From contig OZ024743.1 of NCBI GenBank assembly GCA_964016885.1, positions 92,132,001-92,196,000 on the forward strand: a stretch of 64,000 bases of DNA, given 5' to 3'. This document shows, piece after piece, positions 24,421 to 38,185 of the stretch; position 1 is the first letter of the stretch, and each line of letters begins with the position of its first letter. The position numbers and the translations under genes were made by a program. Source of the DNA: Eledone cirrhosa. Taxonomy: Eukaryota. Below the pieces are notes generated by a model that was given only the letters and a program-made list of their open reading frames with translations, was not told where the DNA came from and did no database searches.

Positions 24421-25242
24421 ATATATATATATATGGATATATATCTTTATTATCTATTTTTTATATATATGTGTATGTGTGTATGTGTTGCGCGTGTGTG
24501 TGTGTGTGTATATATATCCTTTTATATGTGTATGTGTATGTTCGTGTAAGTGTATGTGTGTGTATGACTGTATACGTATGTGTGTATGTGTGTATGCGTA
24601 AATATCTCTATGTGCGCGTACATGTATGTATGTGTATGTATATCTGTATGTGTATGTACATTATATTATATTTATTATATTTTATTGTTTTTATTTTTTT
24701 ATTTTTCTTAATTTATAGATACATTTATATTAGGCAGTCTGCTCTGACAATCTAATACTGACCCCTCCCCCCCCCCCCACCTTATTTCTGTATCTTGATC
24801 TTGAAATGTGTGTGCCAGTGTTTTATGTGAGTGACTTAATTTCTATTTGCTTATGATTTTATATCCACATATATAAATGTGAGTGTGGGAGTGTGTGTGT
24901 TTGTATGTTCGTGGTTATGTGTATATTTATGCATATACGCGCATGTATGTGTGATTATACTGATATGTGTGAGTATGAAAAAAATATATTTATATGCTTG
25001 ACTCCATAAGTATCATTGCGCATCTTATCAGCGCATTAAGCTTACAGAGATATTAACCTTGAAATTTTGTGTTTGCATCCATCTTTTTAGTATGCACATA
25101 CAAATTATACACACATTATTGTAAAATATGTGTAAGGATTTTACATGTATATACACACACCAAACTGCTTTTAACCCTTTGTGTTTTCATTGGTCAATTT
25201 TGAACTGATATTTTGAATTGTTGTTATTATCAATAAATATAC

Positions 25243-25397
25243 TTCATTATTTCTGAAGACGGCGTATATATGTGTTAGGTATGTATATTTAATCTTGATA
25301 ATTTGTATAATTTTGTATAATTTTGTACATAGATCTGTTGAATATGCATACCAATTATAACACATATATACCCTAGAAACGATCGTTAAATAGTGAA
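25243..25397 (+). ncRNA. Hammerhead-like motif with greatly extended helix II in the pLTR (copies 32014-32168 on +, ~19365-19519 on -)
   Basis: TTCATTATTT-CTGAAGA-[116 nt containing TATATATGTGTTA/TAACACATATATA and GGTATGTATATTTAA/TTGAATATGCATACC arms]-GAAA-CGATCG-TT-AAATAGTGAA. 10-bp helix I and palindromic helix III. Confidence 0.7.
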
Positions 25398-25740
25398 CTT
25401 TTTTTGTTTAATATAAGGAATTGTTTGTTCATTATTTGTTTAATATTTTATCTTGACTCTGTATACCGTTTATCTTTCACCGAAAGTGGATTTTCATTAC
25501 ATCTCTTCTTTCCATGATATCCGGAATACATTGAGTTCTTCATACGGATTGGACACTACCGTAAACTCTTGGTAGATTTATCTACATAATTTTGCTCCTA
25601 TTTTCACGGAAATATTCTTATTTTTGTACTGTATGTGTGTATTAATTTTATATTTATGTATAAACATATATATATGTATGATTTTGTAAACCCATATACA
25701 TTTAGTTGAGCTCTTTCAATTGTCCATCATCCATATCACA

Positions 25741-28182
25741 ATGGAAAAACAATATTTAGGAACCTCCTTAAAAAACATACCAATACCTTCTAAGGACGAC
25801 TTCTTACTCCTTATGATTCAGAAAACTAATAATTTTATCAGAAGGGTTAGATGGAGAGCCTACCACTTCGATAGAAAATCTAAACAAGCAGATCGGAAAT
25901 ATATGTATGATTTCAATACTTACAAGAATCCACCACACAACATTTTACTTGAAGACTTCGAGAAAGACCTTTTTAATTTAATTAAACACCTCAAATTTAA
26001 AAAGTATAAATCCGTCTTTCAAAAGGACCTTGATTCTACCCTATTGGACCTAAAAAAGTCTAAAAAAATCCATGTCCACTCGGACAAAACTGGTAACTTG
26101 TATCATATGGATATTGAACATTATAATGAGTTCATATATAAAGAACTCAGAAAAAATTATAAAAAATCTAATAATGTGTCACTCACCAACATCAACAACA
26201 AAACACACAACATAGTAAAAAAACTAAATATTGAAGATAGAACTGAACCTTTGGCATTGAAAAGACCACACTTCAACCTGAAAGATCACAAATCTAACTT
26301 TAACTCTAATCCTTCTATTAGACTTATATGTCCCTCCAAATCAGATATTGGAATAATTAGCAAAAAAATTTTAGATAGAGTCATCCCACAAATAAGAAAA
26401 TACGTTATTTTACCACTCTGGGAAAACACCTCCCAGGTAATTAATTGGTTTAAAAATATTAGGTGTAAATCTTCTGCTTCTTTCCTACAATTTGATATAG
26501 ATAATTACTATTCTTCTATATCACCCATACTCCTGAACAAAGCATTAATATTTGCTAAAAATAGATCTAATTTAACTTCGGATGACATTAACATTATTAC
26601 ACATGCTAGACAAACACTTATTGAATTTCAGAATGAATACTGGACCAGAAACACATACAGTAATCTTTTTGATATTACTATGGGTTCAAGCGATTCCGCC
26701 CAAATTACTGATCTTGTGGGCCTCTTTCTCCTTTTCAACATAAATGCCTCTTTTCCCCACCTCAAAGGTGGTTTATATCGTGATGACTGTCTTCTTCTTT
26801 CTAACAACCTTAGCCTTTCAGAAATCGAAAAAAACAAAAAGCATATTAGAACTTTCCTTAAAGACTATTATAATCTTAATATTACTTTTGAAAAAACAAG
26901 TAAAGTAGTAAATTTCCTAGATATAACTTTAGATTTAGCTACGGGTATATACCAACCTTACCATAAACCTAACCAAAACTTACATTACATACACTCACAA
27001 TCTAATCACCCTAAATCTATCCTTAAAAACCTTGCATATAATATATCACTTAGAATTTCTAACCTTTCTTCTAACCAAGATGTATTTGATAAAAATGCGA
27101 CCTTTTATAATGAAGCTCTAGATAGAAGTGGCCACAAAAATAGATTAGAGTATATACCTTCTACTAAAAATACTGAAAGCATACAGCATAATATTACCAA
27201 CAAACACCAAATGAAAAGTACACACCTAAATGCCACCCACAATATACCCCAAAATACTAAATCTTCTAATATAAAGTATAGTAACCCTCAAAAAACTACT
27301 CATCATACAACTATAATAAATATTAATAATAAAACTCCTAATAAAAAAGATAAAACACCTAAATCTACAAATATAACTAAAAATAGTTGTGGTGAGATCA
27401 TTAACATTAATCCTCCTAGTAAAAATCATGATACAACATATAAAAATAATAAAAATAATAAACAACATAGAAACCGTAATAGACGAGTTACTTGGTATAA
27501 TGCTCCTTTTAATTTACAAGTTAAGGATAATATTGCTAAAAAATTTTTTTATATCCTTGAGAAAAACTTCCCGCCAAACCACAAATACCATCAAATCTTA
27601 AATAGGTCTACAGTTAAATTCTCATACTCTACAACAAATAACATAAAACAAAATATAAGTGCATATAATGCATATAAATGTAAGAAAACCATAAGTATAC
27701 CACCAGTACATCAAATTAACAATAATATCTCCTCAAATACAGAATTAACGAAAGGATGTAACTGTAGAAACAAAACAAACTGCCCATTAAAAGGGAATTG
27801 TCTTGTTAACAACATAGTCTATAAATGTAATGTTAAAACTAAAGATTCTATTTGCTCATATATAGGAGCTACCTCTAACAATTTTAAGACAAGGTATAAT
27901 ACCCACAAACATAGCTTTAAAAATGCCGCACTGGCTAATACAACATCTCTAGCAGAAAAAATCAATAGTTATAAAAATAAAAATATAAAATATGATTTGA
28001 CCTGGAGTGTGCTCAAAAGAGCCACCCCTTATCAAAATAATAGAAAGGAATGTAGATTATGTTCCCAAGAACTATTTGAAATAATGAAGTCTAAGGATAT
28101 CTTATTAAATAAACGACAGGAATTAATTATATCGTGTAATCATAAACTAAAAAAAACATTTAAATATTATAAACCTAATTAA
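25741..28182 (+). CDS. Penelope-like element polyprotein: reverse transcriptase + Cys-rich linker + GIY-YIG endonuclease (intact, ~813 aa from the first ATG)
   Basis: N-terminal SLKNIPIP...FIRRVRWRAYHF. RT motifs LQFDIDNYYSSI, ITMGSSDSAQITDLVGLFLL, GLYRDD, VNFLDITLDL, PYHKP and SNHP. Linker CNCRNKTNCPLKGNC. Endonuclease IVY...YIGATSNNFKTRYNTH, then CRLCSQE...LLNKRQE...CNH. No internal stops. Confidence 0.95.
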   Translation: MEKQYLGTSLKNIPIPSKDDFLLLMIQKTNNFIRRVRWRAYHFDRKSKQADRKYMYDFNTYKNPPHNILLEDFEKDLFNLIKHLKFKKYKSVFQKDLDSTLLDLKKSKKIHVHSDKTGNLYHMDIEHYNEFIYKELRKNYKKSNNVSLTNINNKTHNIVKKLNIEDRTEPLALKRPHFNLKDHKSNFNSNPSIRLICPSKSDIGIISKKILDRVIPQIRKYVILPLWENTSQVINWFKNIRCKSSASFLQFDIDNYYSSISPILLNKALIFAKNRSNLTSDDINIITHARQTLIEFQNEYWTRNTYSNLFDITMGSSDSAQITDLVGLFLLFNINASFPHLKGGLYRDDCLLLSNNLSLSEIEKNKKHIRTFLKDYYNLNITFEKTSKVVNFLDITLDLATGIYQPYHKPNQNLHYIHSQSNHPKSILKNLAYNISLRISNLSSNQDVFDKNATFYNEALDRSGHKNRLEYIPSTKNTESIQHNITNKHQMKSTHLNATHNIPQNTKSSNIKYSNPQKTTHHTTIININNKTPNKKDKTPKSTNITKNSCGEIININPPSKNHDTTYKNNKNNKQHRNRNRRVTWYNAPFNLQVKDNIAKKFFYILEKNFPPNHKYHQILNRSTVKFSYSTTNNIKQNISAYNAYKCKKTISIPPVHQINNNISSNTELTKGCNCRNKTNCPLKGNCLVNNIVYKCNVKTKDSICSYIGATSNNFKTRYNTHKHSFKNAALANTTSLAEKINSYKNKNIKYDLTWSVLKRATPYQNNRKECRLCSQELFEIMKSKDILLNKRQELIISCNHKLKKTFKYYKPN

Positions 28183-30043
28183 TAACATTATTCTAGAAAT
28201 TAATTTAATTTAAATGTTAGTTAACCTATAAATTTAATTTAATTAATATTTTATTACAGATGAGAAAATATTATGTAATCATAAATTTTGAAAAACCTTT
28301 AAATATTACTAATATATACTCAGTAATTTAATTTATAGATTAATTTTAATTTATTTAAACCTTTTTATTATAATTTTTTTTTTTTTTTTTTTTATTATAA
28401 TTCTTTTACAGATAAAATATAACAAAATAATATCATGTATCCAATGACGGAGAAAGAATTTTTAGTATTATAGACCTAATTAATATACATTTTGGAAATA
28501 TATTTATTATTTGGTTTTAGTTTTAATCAACCTAAAACTTTAATTTTAATTTGCTTAAAATTAGTATCCTTGTACAGACGAATTGCAGAATGTCATGTAA
28601 TCATAGAATGGGATGTGTTTTGGATATATACCGAGTTAATATATTCTGTGCAATTTTTTGGAAAAGATATGTATATGTATATGTATATGTATATGTGTGT
28701 GTTGTGTATGTGTACCTGTATGTATGTTTGTGTGTGTATATATGTATATATGTGTATATATATGTATATATATATATATATGTGTGTATATGTATGTATA
28801 TGTGTATGTGTATGTATATGTATATGTATGCGTATTAATTTTGATTTTTATTTGCATATAATTATATTATGCTATTGATGAAATACAATATCTGCTTTAT
28901 GTATTGTATACCTAATTGACATATACTAATTAACGTATACTATTGAAATAAATATATAATTTTGATGAAATACAATATCTGCTTTATGTATTGTATACCT
29001 AATTAACATATACTAATTAACGTATACTATTTTACCATAATATATACGTATACTATTGAAATAAATATATAATTTTTAATTTAGTTAACATATAATTTAT
29101 ATGCTACTACCGATGTAATACTTTATTTTATTTTTATTTGGGTTTCTTTTCCCTATTACTAAATTCATCTCCTAATATTGATACCATAACGTTATTAACT
29201 TTAATTTAGTTATAATGTAATTAATAATCTACTACTGTTTGACTTCATAATTCTGCTTCAAATATTATAAACCTAACTAATTTACACCTTAGAAATCAAT
29301 ATGTTGACTATCTTTGGTTTAGTTAACATATGATTAATGGTATACTTATTTATTTTGAGATGCATAGATTTCGTATTTCCTAGCACTGAAAATATGTAAG
29401 AACATACATTGAATTAAGATACGGAAAATATTATATGTTTCTTGAAACATATATTTACTTTGATCCCCTTCTCCAAACCCCCCCTTTCCCCCATACTATT
29501 ATCATCTGTATTTGTAAGCGTATATGTATGAATATATATGTAGGTAGGTGTCTATATAGGTTTTGGTATTTATTTCTAAATATAAAAATACATATATGAG
29601 CATGTAAATATGAATGTAAGATTGAGTGTGTATATATGATTGTACATACATATGTATGTATATATATGTATATATATGTATTATATATGTATGTGTATGT
29701 GAATGTGTGGTATGTATATATGTATGTATATGTATATGTGTGTATGTATGTGTATGCTTGTATATAGGAATATATATATATGTGTATATATGTATGTATA
29801 TGTATAAGCGTGTATGTATGTATGTGTATATGTGTTGTGTATATATTTGTATGTCTCTCTATTTATATGTTTATCTTCGTATCTATGTGATATATGTGTG
29901 TGTGTGTGCACGTATGCATATGTATGTGTTTGTGTGTGTTTGTATGTGTGTGTGTATATTTGTGTATGTGCGCACACTCACATACACATATATATATATA
30001 TATATGTGAGTGTGTATGTGTGTCTGTGTGTGTGTGTGTGTGG

Positions 30044-30096
<53 letters not shown>

Positions 30097-30216
30097 GATA
30101 TATATATATATATATATATGTATATAGGTGTCTATGTGTGAATATATGTCTTTATTCGTATGTGTGTATTTATGTATGTATATATTTATGTGTATGTATG
30201 TATGTGTATGTATGTA

Positions 30217-30277
<61 letters not shown>

Positions 30278-30561
30278 TATTCTTTATTATTATTGTAATA
30301 TAACTTATGTGTATATGTGTATAAGTGAGGTTGTGTATGTATATATACTATGTGTATATATAAGAGTAATGAAATATATATATATATATATATATGTGCA
30401 TGTCTGTTTTTTATGTGTGTGTATATATATATATATGTATGTGTATATGTGTATATATATATATATATGTATACGTGTGTGTATGTGGATATATATATAT
30501 ATATACATGTGGGTGTTTGTATGTGTATTTATGGTGGTATGAGTGTGTGGATATATATGTT

Positions 30562-30592
<31 letters not shown>

Positions 30593-30599
30593 GAGTCTA

Positions 30600-30645
<46 letters not shown>

Positions 30646-30993
30646 ATGTATATGTATGTGTATGTATATGTGTGTGTATGTATATATATGTGTGTGTATG
30701 TATGTGTGTATATATATATATCTCTATTAATGCGTGTGTGTATGTATATACATATGCGTTTTTTTATTATTATTTTCATTTGTATGTCTGAGTTTGGTGA
30801 GGTGGTATTGTTTTTTATGTGTATACACATATATGGAAGCGTATGTATTTATTTATATGAGTATAAGTAGGTGCATATGTATGTATGATTATATATCTAA
30901 TTCTATGTATGAAGGTACATCTATATATATATATATATATGTGTATGCGTGTGTATGTAAGTTGTGTGTGTATGTATCTTTATGTCTATGTGA

Positions 30994-31045
<52 letters not shown>

Positions 31046-31134
31046 CGATGTGCGTATATGTATGTACATGTATATACATGTATGTGTGTATGTATGTGTA
31101 TGTATATTTAGATGTATGGGTATGTATGTGTATG

Positions 31135-31191
<57 letters not shown>

Positions 31192-32221
31192 ATATATATA
31201 TATATGGATATATATCTTTATTATCTATTTTTTATATATATGTGTATGTGTGTATGTGTTGCGCGTGTGTGTGTGTGTGTATATATATCCTTTTATATGT
31301 GTATGTGTATGTTCGTGTAAGTGTATGTGTGTGTATGACTGTATACGTATGTGTGTATGTGTGTATGCGTAAATATCTCTATGTGCGCGTACATGTATGT
31401 ATGTGTATGTATATCTGTATGTGTATGTACATTATATTATATTTATTATATTTTATTGTTTTTATTTTTTTATTTTTCTTAATTTATAGATACATTTATA
31501 TTAGGCAGTCTGCTCTGACAATCTAATACTGACCCCTCCCCCCCCTCCCACCTTATTTCTGTATCTTGATCTTGAAATGTGTGTGCCAGTGTTTTATGTG
31601 AGTGACTTAATTTCTATTTGCTTATGATTTTATATCCACATATATAAATGTGAGTGTGGGAGTGTGTGTGTTTGTATGTTCGTGGTTATGTGTATATTTA
31701 TGCATATACGCGCATGTATGTGTGATTATACTGATATGTGTGAGTATGAAAAAAATATATTTATATGCTTGACTCCATAAGTATCATTGCGCATCTTATC
31801 AGCGCATTAAGCTTACAGAGATATTAACCTTGAAATTTTGTGTTTGCATCCATCTTTTTAGTATGCACATACAAATTATACACACATTATTGTAAAATAT
31901 GTGTAAGGATTTTACATGTATATACACACACCAAACTGCTTTTAACCCTTTGTGTTTTCATTGGTCAATTTTGAACTGATATTTTGAATTGTTGTTATTA
32001 TCAATAAATATACTTCATTATTTCTGAAGACGGCGTATATATGTGTTAGGTATGTATATTTAATCTTGATAATTTGTATAATTTTGTATAATTTTGTACA
32101 TAGATCTGTTGAATATGCATACCAATTATAACACATATATACCCTAGAAACGATCGTTAAATAGTGAACTTTTTTGTTTAATATAAGGAATTGTTTGTTC
32201 ATTATTTGTTTAATATTTTAT

Positions 32222-33800
<1,579 letters not shown>

Positions 33801-33959
33801 TGTCCGCCGAGCTGCCGCGCGTCACCTACCAATAAATGCAAAAAGGAGTAACCAATCTTCCTTGTTATCCTTTTAATATATATATGTGTATGTATAACCC
33901 ATGCTAGCGTGGAAAGTGGACCTTAAACGATAATGATGTATGTATATGTATGTATATGT

Positions 33960-34185
33960 GCATTGTAAAAAATGCAAATCGAGATGGTACGGGCACGCTG
34001 ACAAGATCTTGAGGGCTTGCCAAGACTGCAGAGATCAGTACAAGGACGGAGGAAGAGAGGGGAGGGCAAAATCCTGGAATCGAGAGGTATTAGGCTGGGT
34101 GCAACCATGACGAAGGTGGAGAGGAATGGAACAAGCTGGTTGTCGCGCCCCAACTGTCCACCAAAATACGGGACAGATAAGATAT
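33960..34185 (+). mobile_element. Decayed RTE LINE 3' fragment
   Basis: Translates in pieces as KSRWYGHA...GLAKT...VQGRRKRG, typical of the RTE C-terminus. Confidence 0.55.
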
Positions 34186-34728
34186 ATATGTAGGTATATA
34201 TATATGTATTTATGTGTATATCTATCTATATATGTATATATGAAAAAATTCAGGACCCCAATGACTGAGCTCCGGCTGTTTCAACAGCTAGATCCGAACT
34301 AAAGCGCCAGTATTCGAATGCCGGGAATCTAGATTCTCACTGTTGAAATGGCCGGAGCTCAGCCATCGAGGTCTTGAATTTTTTCATATTACCTACTCTA
34401 CTACCCCAAGTATCAAGTACTCTGGTGAGTAATGGTCTAACTGGTTTTTACCACCTCCAGTTCGATATATATATATATATAAGACAGTATATAGAGAAAT
34501 GTGGTAAGACAGTATATAAGAGGTATGTGTTCAATTATAGGAGATAGAAAACCACCAGAGTGAAAAACATGTTTTTCACTCTGGTGGATTTCTATAACTG
34601 AACATATACCTCTTTGTCTATTTTTCTCTATATCCTGTCTTATAAAGAACCCAGATTCTATTCCTTGAGTTCATTAAATTATAGGGGATTTACGCAAGCC
34701 TTTAACTCCATTTTTTGATTTGATATAA

Positions 34729-35558
34729 TCTATATATCTAAAACAGATAATGTCTGTCTGTCCACCTAAAACTCGAGAACCACCCAACCGATTTTTTTCA
34801 AACTTTAGCACATGTAATACTTATGGTCGTGTGAGTGTTTTGAGAATAAAATATTTCAAATTTTCAATGCCCTAGGGACCGCATTAGGCGAAAAACTGCA
34901 TATTTTAACAATAATCCAGGCGATTTCTTCAAAATTTGCATTACTTATGTCGTTTAAAGTGTTTTGAACAAAAAAGATTTTCTCATTTTTTGCCCCAGGG
35001 ACCGCATTAGGCAAAAAAAAACGATTTTTTAAAGCATTTTGGTTGCGTTAGGGCCTGTAACTCGAGAAGTAGCCAACCGATTTTTTTTTAACTTTGCATA
35101 TGCATTACTTATGTTTCACAAATCTTCTTGACTGTAAAAGATTTCAAATTTTTGCCTGGAGACCGCATTGTTTAGCATTTTTGTTGCGTTAGGGCCTGTA
35201 ACCTTAAAAGTATCCAACTAAATTCCTTCATGCTCTCCACCACTGCAGTCCCACATGCTTACTGCTCTGTAACTATTGCTTTCATTGTACCATAGCACAA
35301 CAAATACATGTTCGGTTTATCAAATGCCTTTTTACTTAACCCTATCGTCTTGGCTTTCGTGGGTTGAGCATTTTACTCTCAGGCACCCAATTAAATTAAA
35401 CCCCTGGTAATCTACGACAAATTTTTTTTATAAGCACAAAATGTAGACACCATCCCCAGGCCGAGGTATTCCGTACTTCTCTGAACTGTTTCAGAAAGGA
35501 GGAATAAACATGCCAATTTATGTTGAGAATCCCGAGCAATGCCGGGCCATTCTGCTAG
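34729..35558 (+). mobile_element. Non-autonomous Helitron-like element
   Basis: 5' A|TC-TATATATCTAAAA followed by (GTCT)n. 3' hairpin CCCGAGCAATGCCGGG then CTAG|T. Internal subrepeats; no TSD seen. Confidence 0.75.
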
Positions 35559-35629
35559 TATATATATATAATATACATCATCATCATCATCTTGTTTAAC
35601 GTCCATTTTCCACGATATAATATATATAT

Positions 35630-36099
35630 AATATTGAATCTATGGCTGAACTAGAGAAGAAATTCCAAACATGAAAGTATGGCCTAGAATCAAAAGACCT
35701 TAAAATTAACTTGTCTAAGACTAAAGTTCTAGTATGTAGAAAGGAAAATAGAGCACAGGTGCCCTCTGGGAAATGGCCATGCTCAGTGTGTAGGAAAGGA
35801 GTAGATAGAAATTCCATTCTATACCCCAAATGTAAACTATGGATCCATAAAAGATGTAGTGGGATCACAGACAGGCAAGCTATCTAACAATGTAGATTTT
35901 AAATGTGGCCGATGCTCAGGTGCAGTAAGTAGCAAGTGCCCACTGGATACTAGCTCCTTCAGCTGCGCAGATGGTTCTATAGAAATAGTAGACACTTTCC
36001 GTTACCTGGGTGTCAAATTCAGCAGTGGAGGAGGGTGCTCTGAAAGTACAGTAGCCAGAGTTAGAATGGGATGGAAAAAATTCAGAGAGCTTATACCGC

Positions 36100-36137
<38 letters not shown>

Positions 36138-37638
36138 ATATAGGCATAAGAGGAATCAAATGCCATGTGCAGGAGAGGAGATTACATTGGTATGGACATG
36201 CCATGCGTATGAAGGATGGCAGCTGCATAAAAAAGTGCAGATCGCTCAAAGTCGATGGAAGCCTGGGAGTGGGGAGAGCCAGGAAGACTTGGGATGAGGT
36301 GATAAAAGTCAACCCTGCCCAACTGCACCTCTCAAAGGTGATGACACACGACCGGGATCTCTGGCGATACGCAGTAATACAGAAGATCTGACTTAGCACG
36401 AGCTGAGCATATGTACAGTATGCCCCACCCCAACACACCCTCCCACACACACCCCCAGTAGGACAGGCCAAAATAAATGCATCCTATAAAGCCCCCCCCC
36501 CCAGGCCACATTGTAAAGTGGCCGCGATGGTGACATGGCAAAAAGTGCCCAGCCCACTATGTAAGGTGGTCGTGTAGGTGTCACGACAAAAAGCACCCAG
36601 GCCTCACTGTAAAGTGGTTATGTAGGTGAGACAATAAAAAGCGCCCAGCCCACACTGTAAAGTGGTTGTGTAGGTAAGACAATAAAAAGCACCCAGCCCA
36701 CACTGTAAAGTGGTTGTGTAGGTAAGACAATAAAAAGCACCCAGCCCACACTGTAAAGTGGTCATGTAGGTGTCACAACAAAAAGCACCCAGGCCACACT
36801 GTAAAGTGGTCGTGTAGGTGTCACGACAAAAAGCACCCAGCCCACACTGTAAAGTGGTCGTGTAGGTGTCACAACAAAAAGCACCCAGCCCACACTGTAA
36901 AGTGGTCGTGTAGGTGTCACGACAAAAAGCACCCAGCCCACACTGTAAAGTGGTTGTGTAGGTAAGACAATAAAAAGCGCCCAGCCCACACTGTAAAGTG
37001 GTTGTGTAGGTAAGACAATAAAAAGCACCCAGCCCACACTGTAAAGTGGTTGTGTAGGTGAGACAATAAAAAGCACCCAGCCCACACTGTAAAGTGGTCG
37101 TGTAGGTGTCACAACAAAAAGCACCCAGGCCACACTGTAAAGTGGTCGTGTAGGTGAGACAACAAAAAGCACCCAGCCCACACTGTAAAGTGGTTGTGTA
37201 GGTGAGACAATAAAAAGCACCCAGCCCACACTGTAAAGTGGTCGTGTAGGTGTCACAACAAAAAGCGCCCAGGCCACACTGTAAAGTGGTCGTGTAGGTG
37301 AGACAACAAAAAGCACCCAGCCCACACTGTAAAGTGGTCGTGTAGGTGAGACAACAAAAAGCGCCCAGGCCACACTGTAAAGTGGTTGTGTAGGTGTCAC
37401 AACAAAAAGCGCCAAGCCACACTGTAAATTGGTCATGTAGGTGAGACCATAAAAAGCACCCAGTACTCACTATAAATTGAGGTTGACGTTGGGAAGGCAT
37501 CCAGCTACAGAAACTAAGCCAGAACCAGACCAGTAGGGACAAGACATGGTCACCTGACCTAGGATTGCCCACAACAGGACAATCCCGCCTAACCCATGCT
37601 AGCGTGGAAAATGGATGTAAGATGGAGGTGATGATGAT
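35630..37638 (+). mobile_element. 5'-truncated, decayed RTE LINE with a minisatellite-expanded 3' UTR
   Basis: Homologous to 62381-63703 (GKWPCSVCRKGV, RRLHWYGHAMRM, GRARKTWDEVI). Ends CATGCTAGCGTGGAAAATGGATGT...(GAT)n. Confidence 0.85.
36500..37470 (+). repeat. 48-bp minisatellite (~20 copies)
   Basis: Unit CCACACTGTAAAGTGGTCGTGTAGGTGTCACAACAAAAAGCACCCAGC; period seen at 36794/36842. Confidence 0.95.
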
Positions 37639-38185
37639 ATGTGTGTATATACACAAATATGTATATATAGACCATGTGTATATAGACCATATGTATATAA
37701 CTCCAGCCCACACTGTAAAGTGGACGTGTAAAAGACATGGCAAAAAGCACCCAGCACACACTGTCAATGTGGTTGGCGTTAGGGGGGGGGGGACATCCGG
37801 CCGTAGAAAACCAGTATGCAAATGTAGTTAATCAGCCCATTTACACAGATCAAAAGTTAAGGGGTTTTCTTTAATACCACTTGGTTTTAGGCTCAGACCC
37901 ACTGCAATTTGGGCAAGTGGCTTCTGCTATAGCCTTGGGTTGACTAATATCTTGTGTGTATATTTAAATGTGTATGTATTAGGTATGTATACTTCTTCTT
38001 CACTCACTTATTCCTGAGAGGGTCGTAAGTGCAGAGTCCTCAAACACTCCTTCCAGTGGATCCTGTCAGAAGCATCCCTCTCCAAATGATCCAGCTGGAT
38101 CCCTAAGTGTGATCAGCCAAGCTCATGGATGTCATCCAACCATCTTGATCGGGGCTTACTACCTGTTTATTTTGCCCATAAAATC

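Larger units (their letters stand above)
19176..32221 (+). mobile_element. Full-length Penelope-like retroelement: inverted 5' copy (19176-22604), 5' pLTR (22602-25588), ORF, 3' UTR and 3' pLTR (29375-32221)
   Basis: 22602-25450 is repeated directly at 29375-32221 (offset ~6771). 19176-22604 is the reverse complement of 3'UTR + pLTR sequence. The ORF encodes RT + GIY-YIG. Confidence 0.93.
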
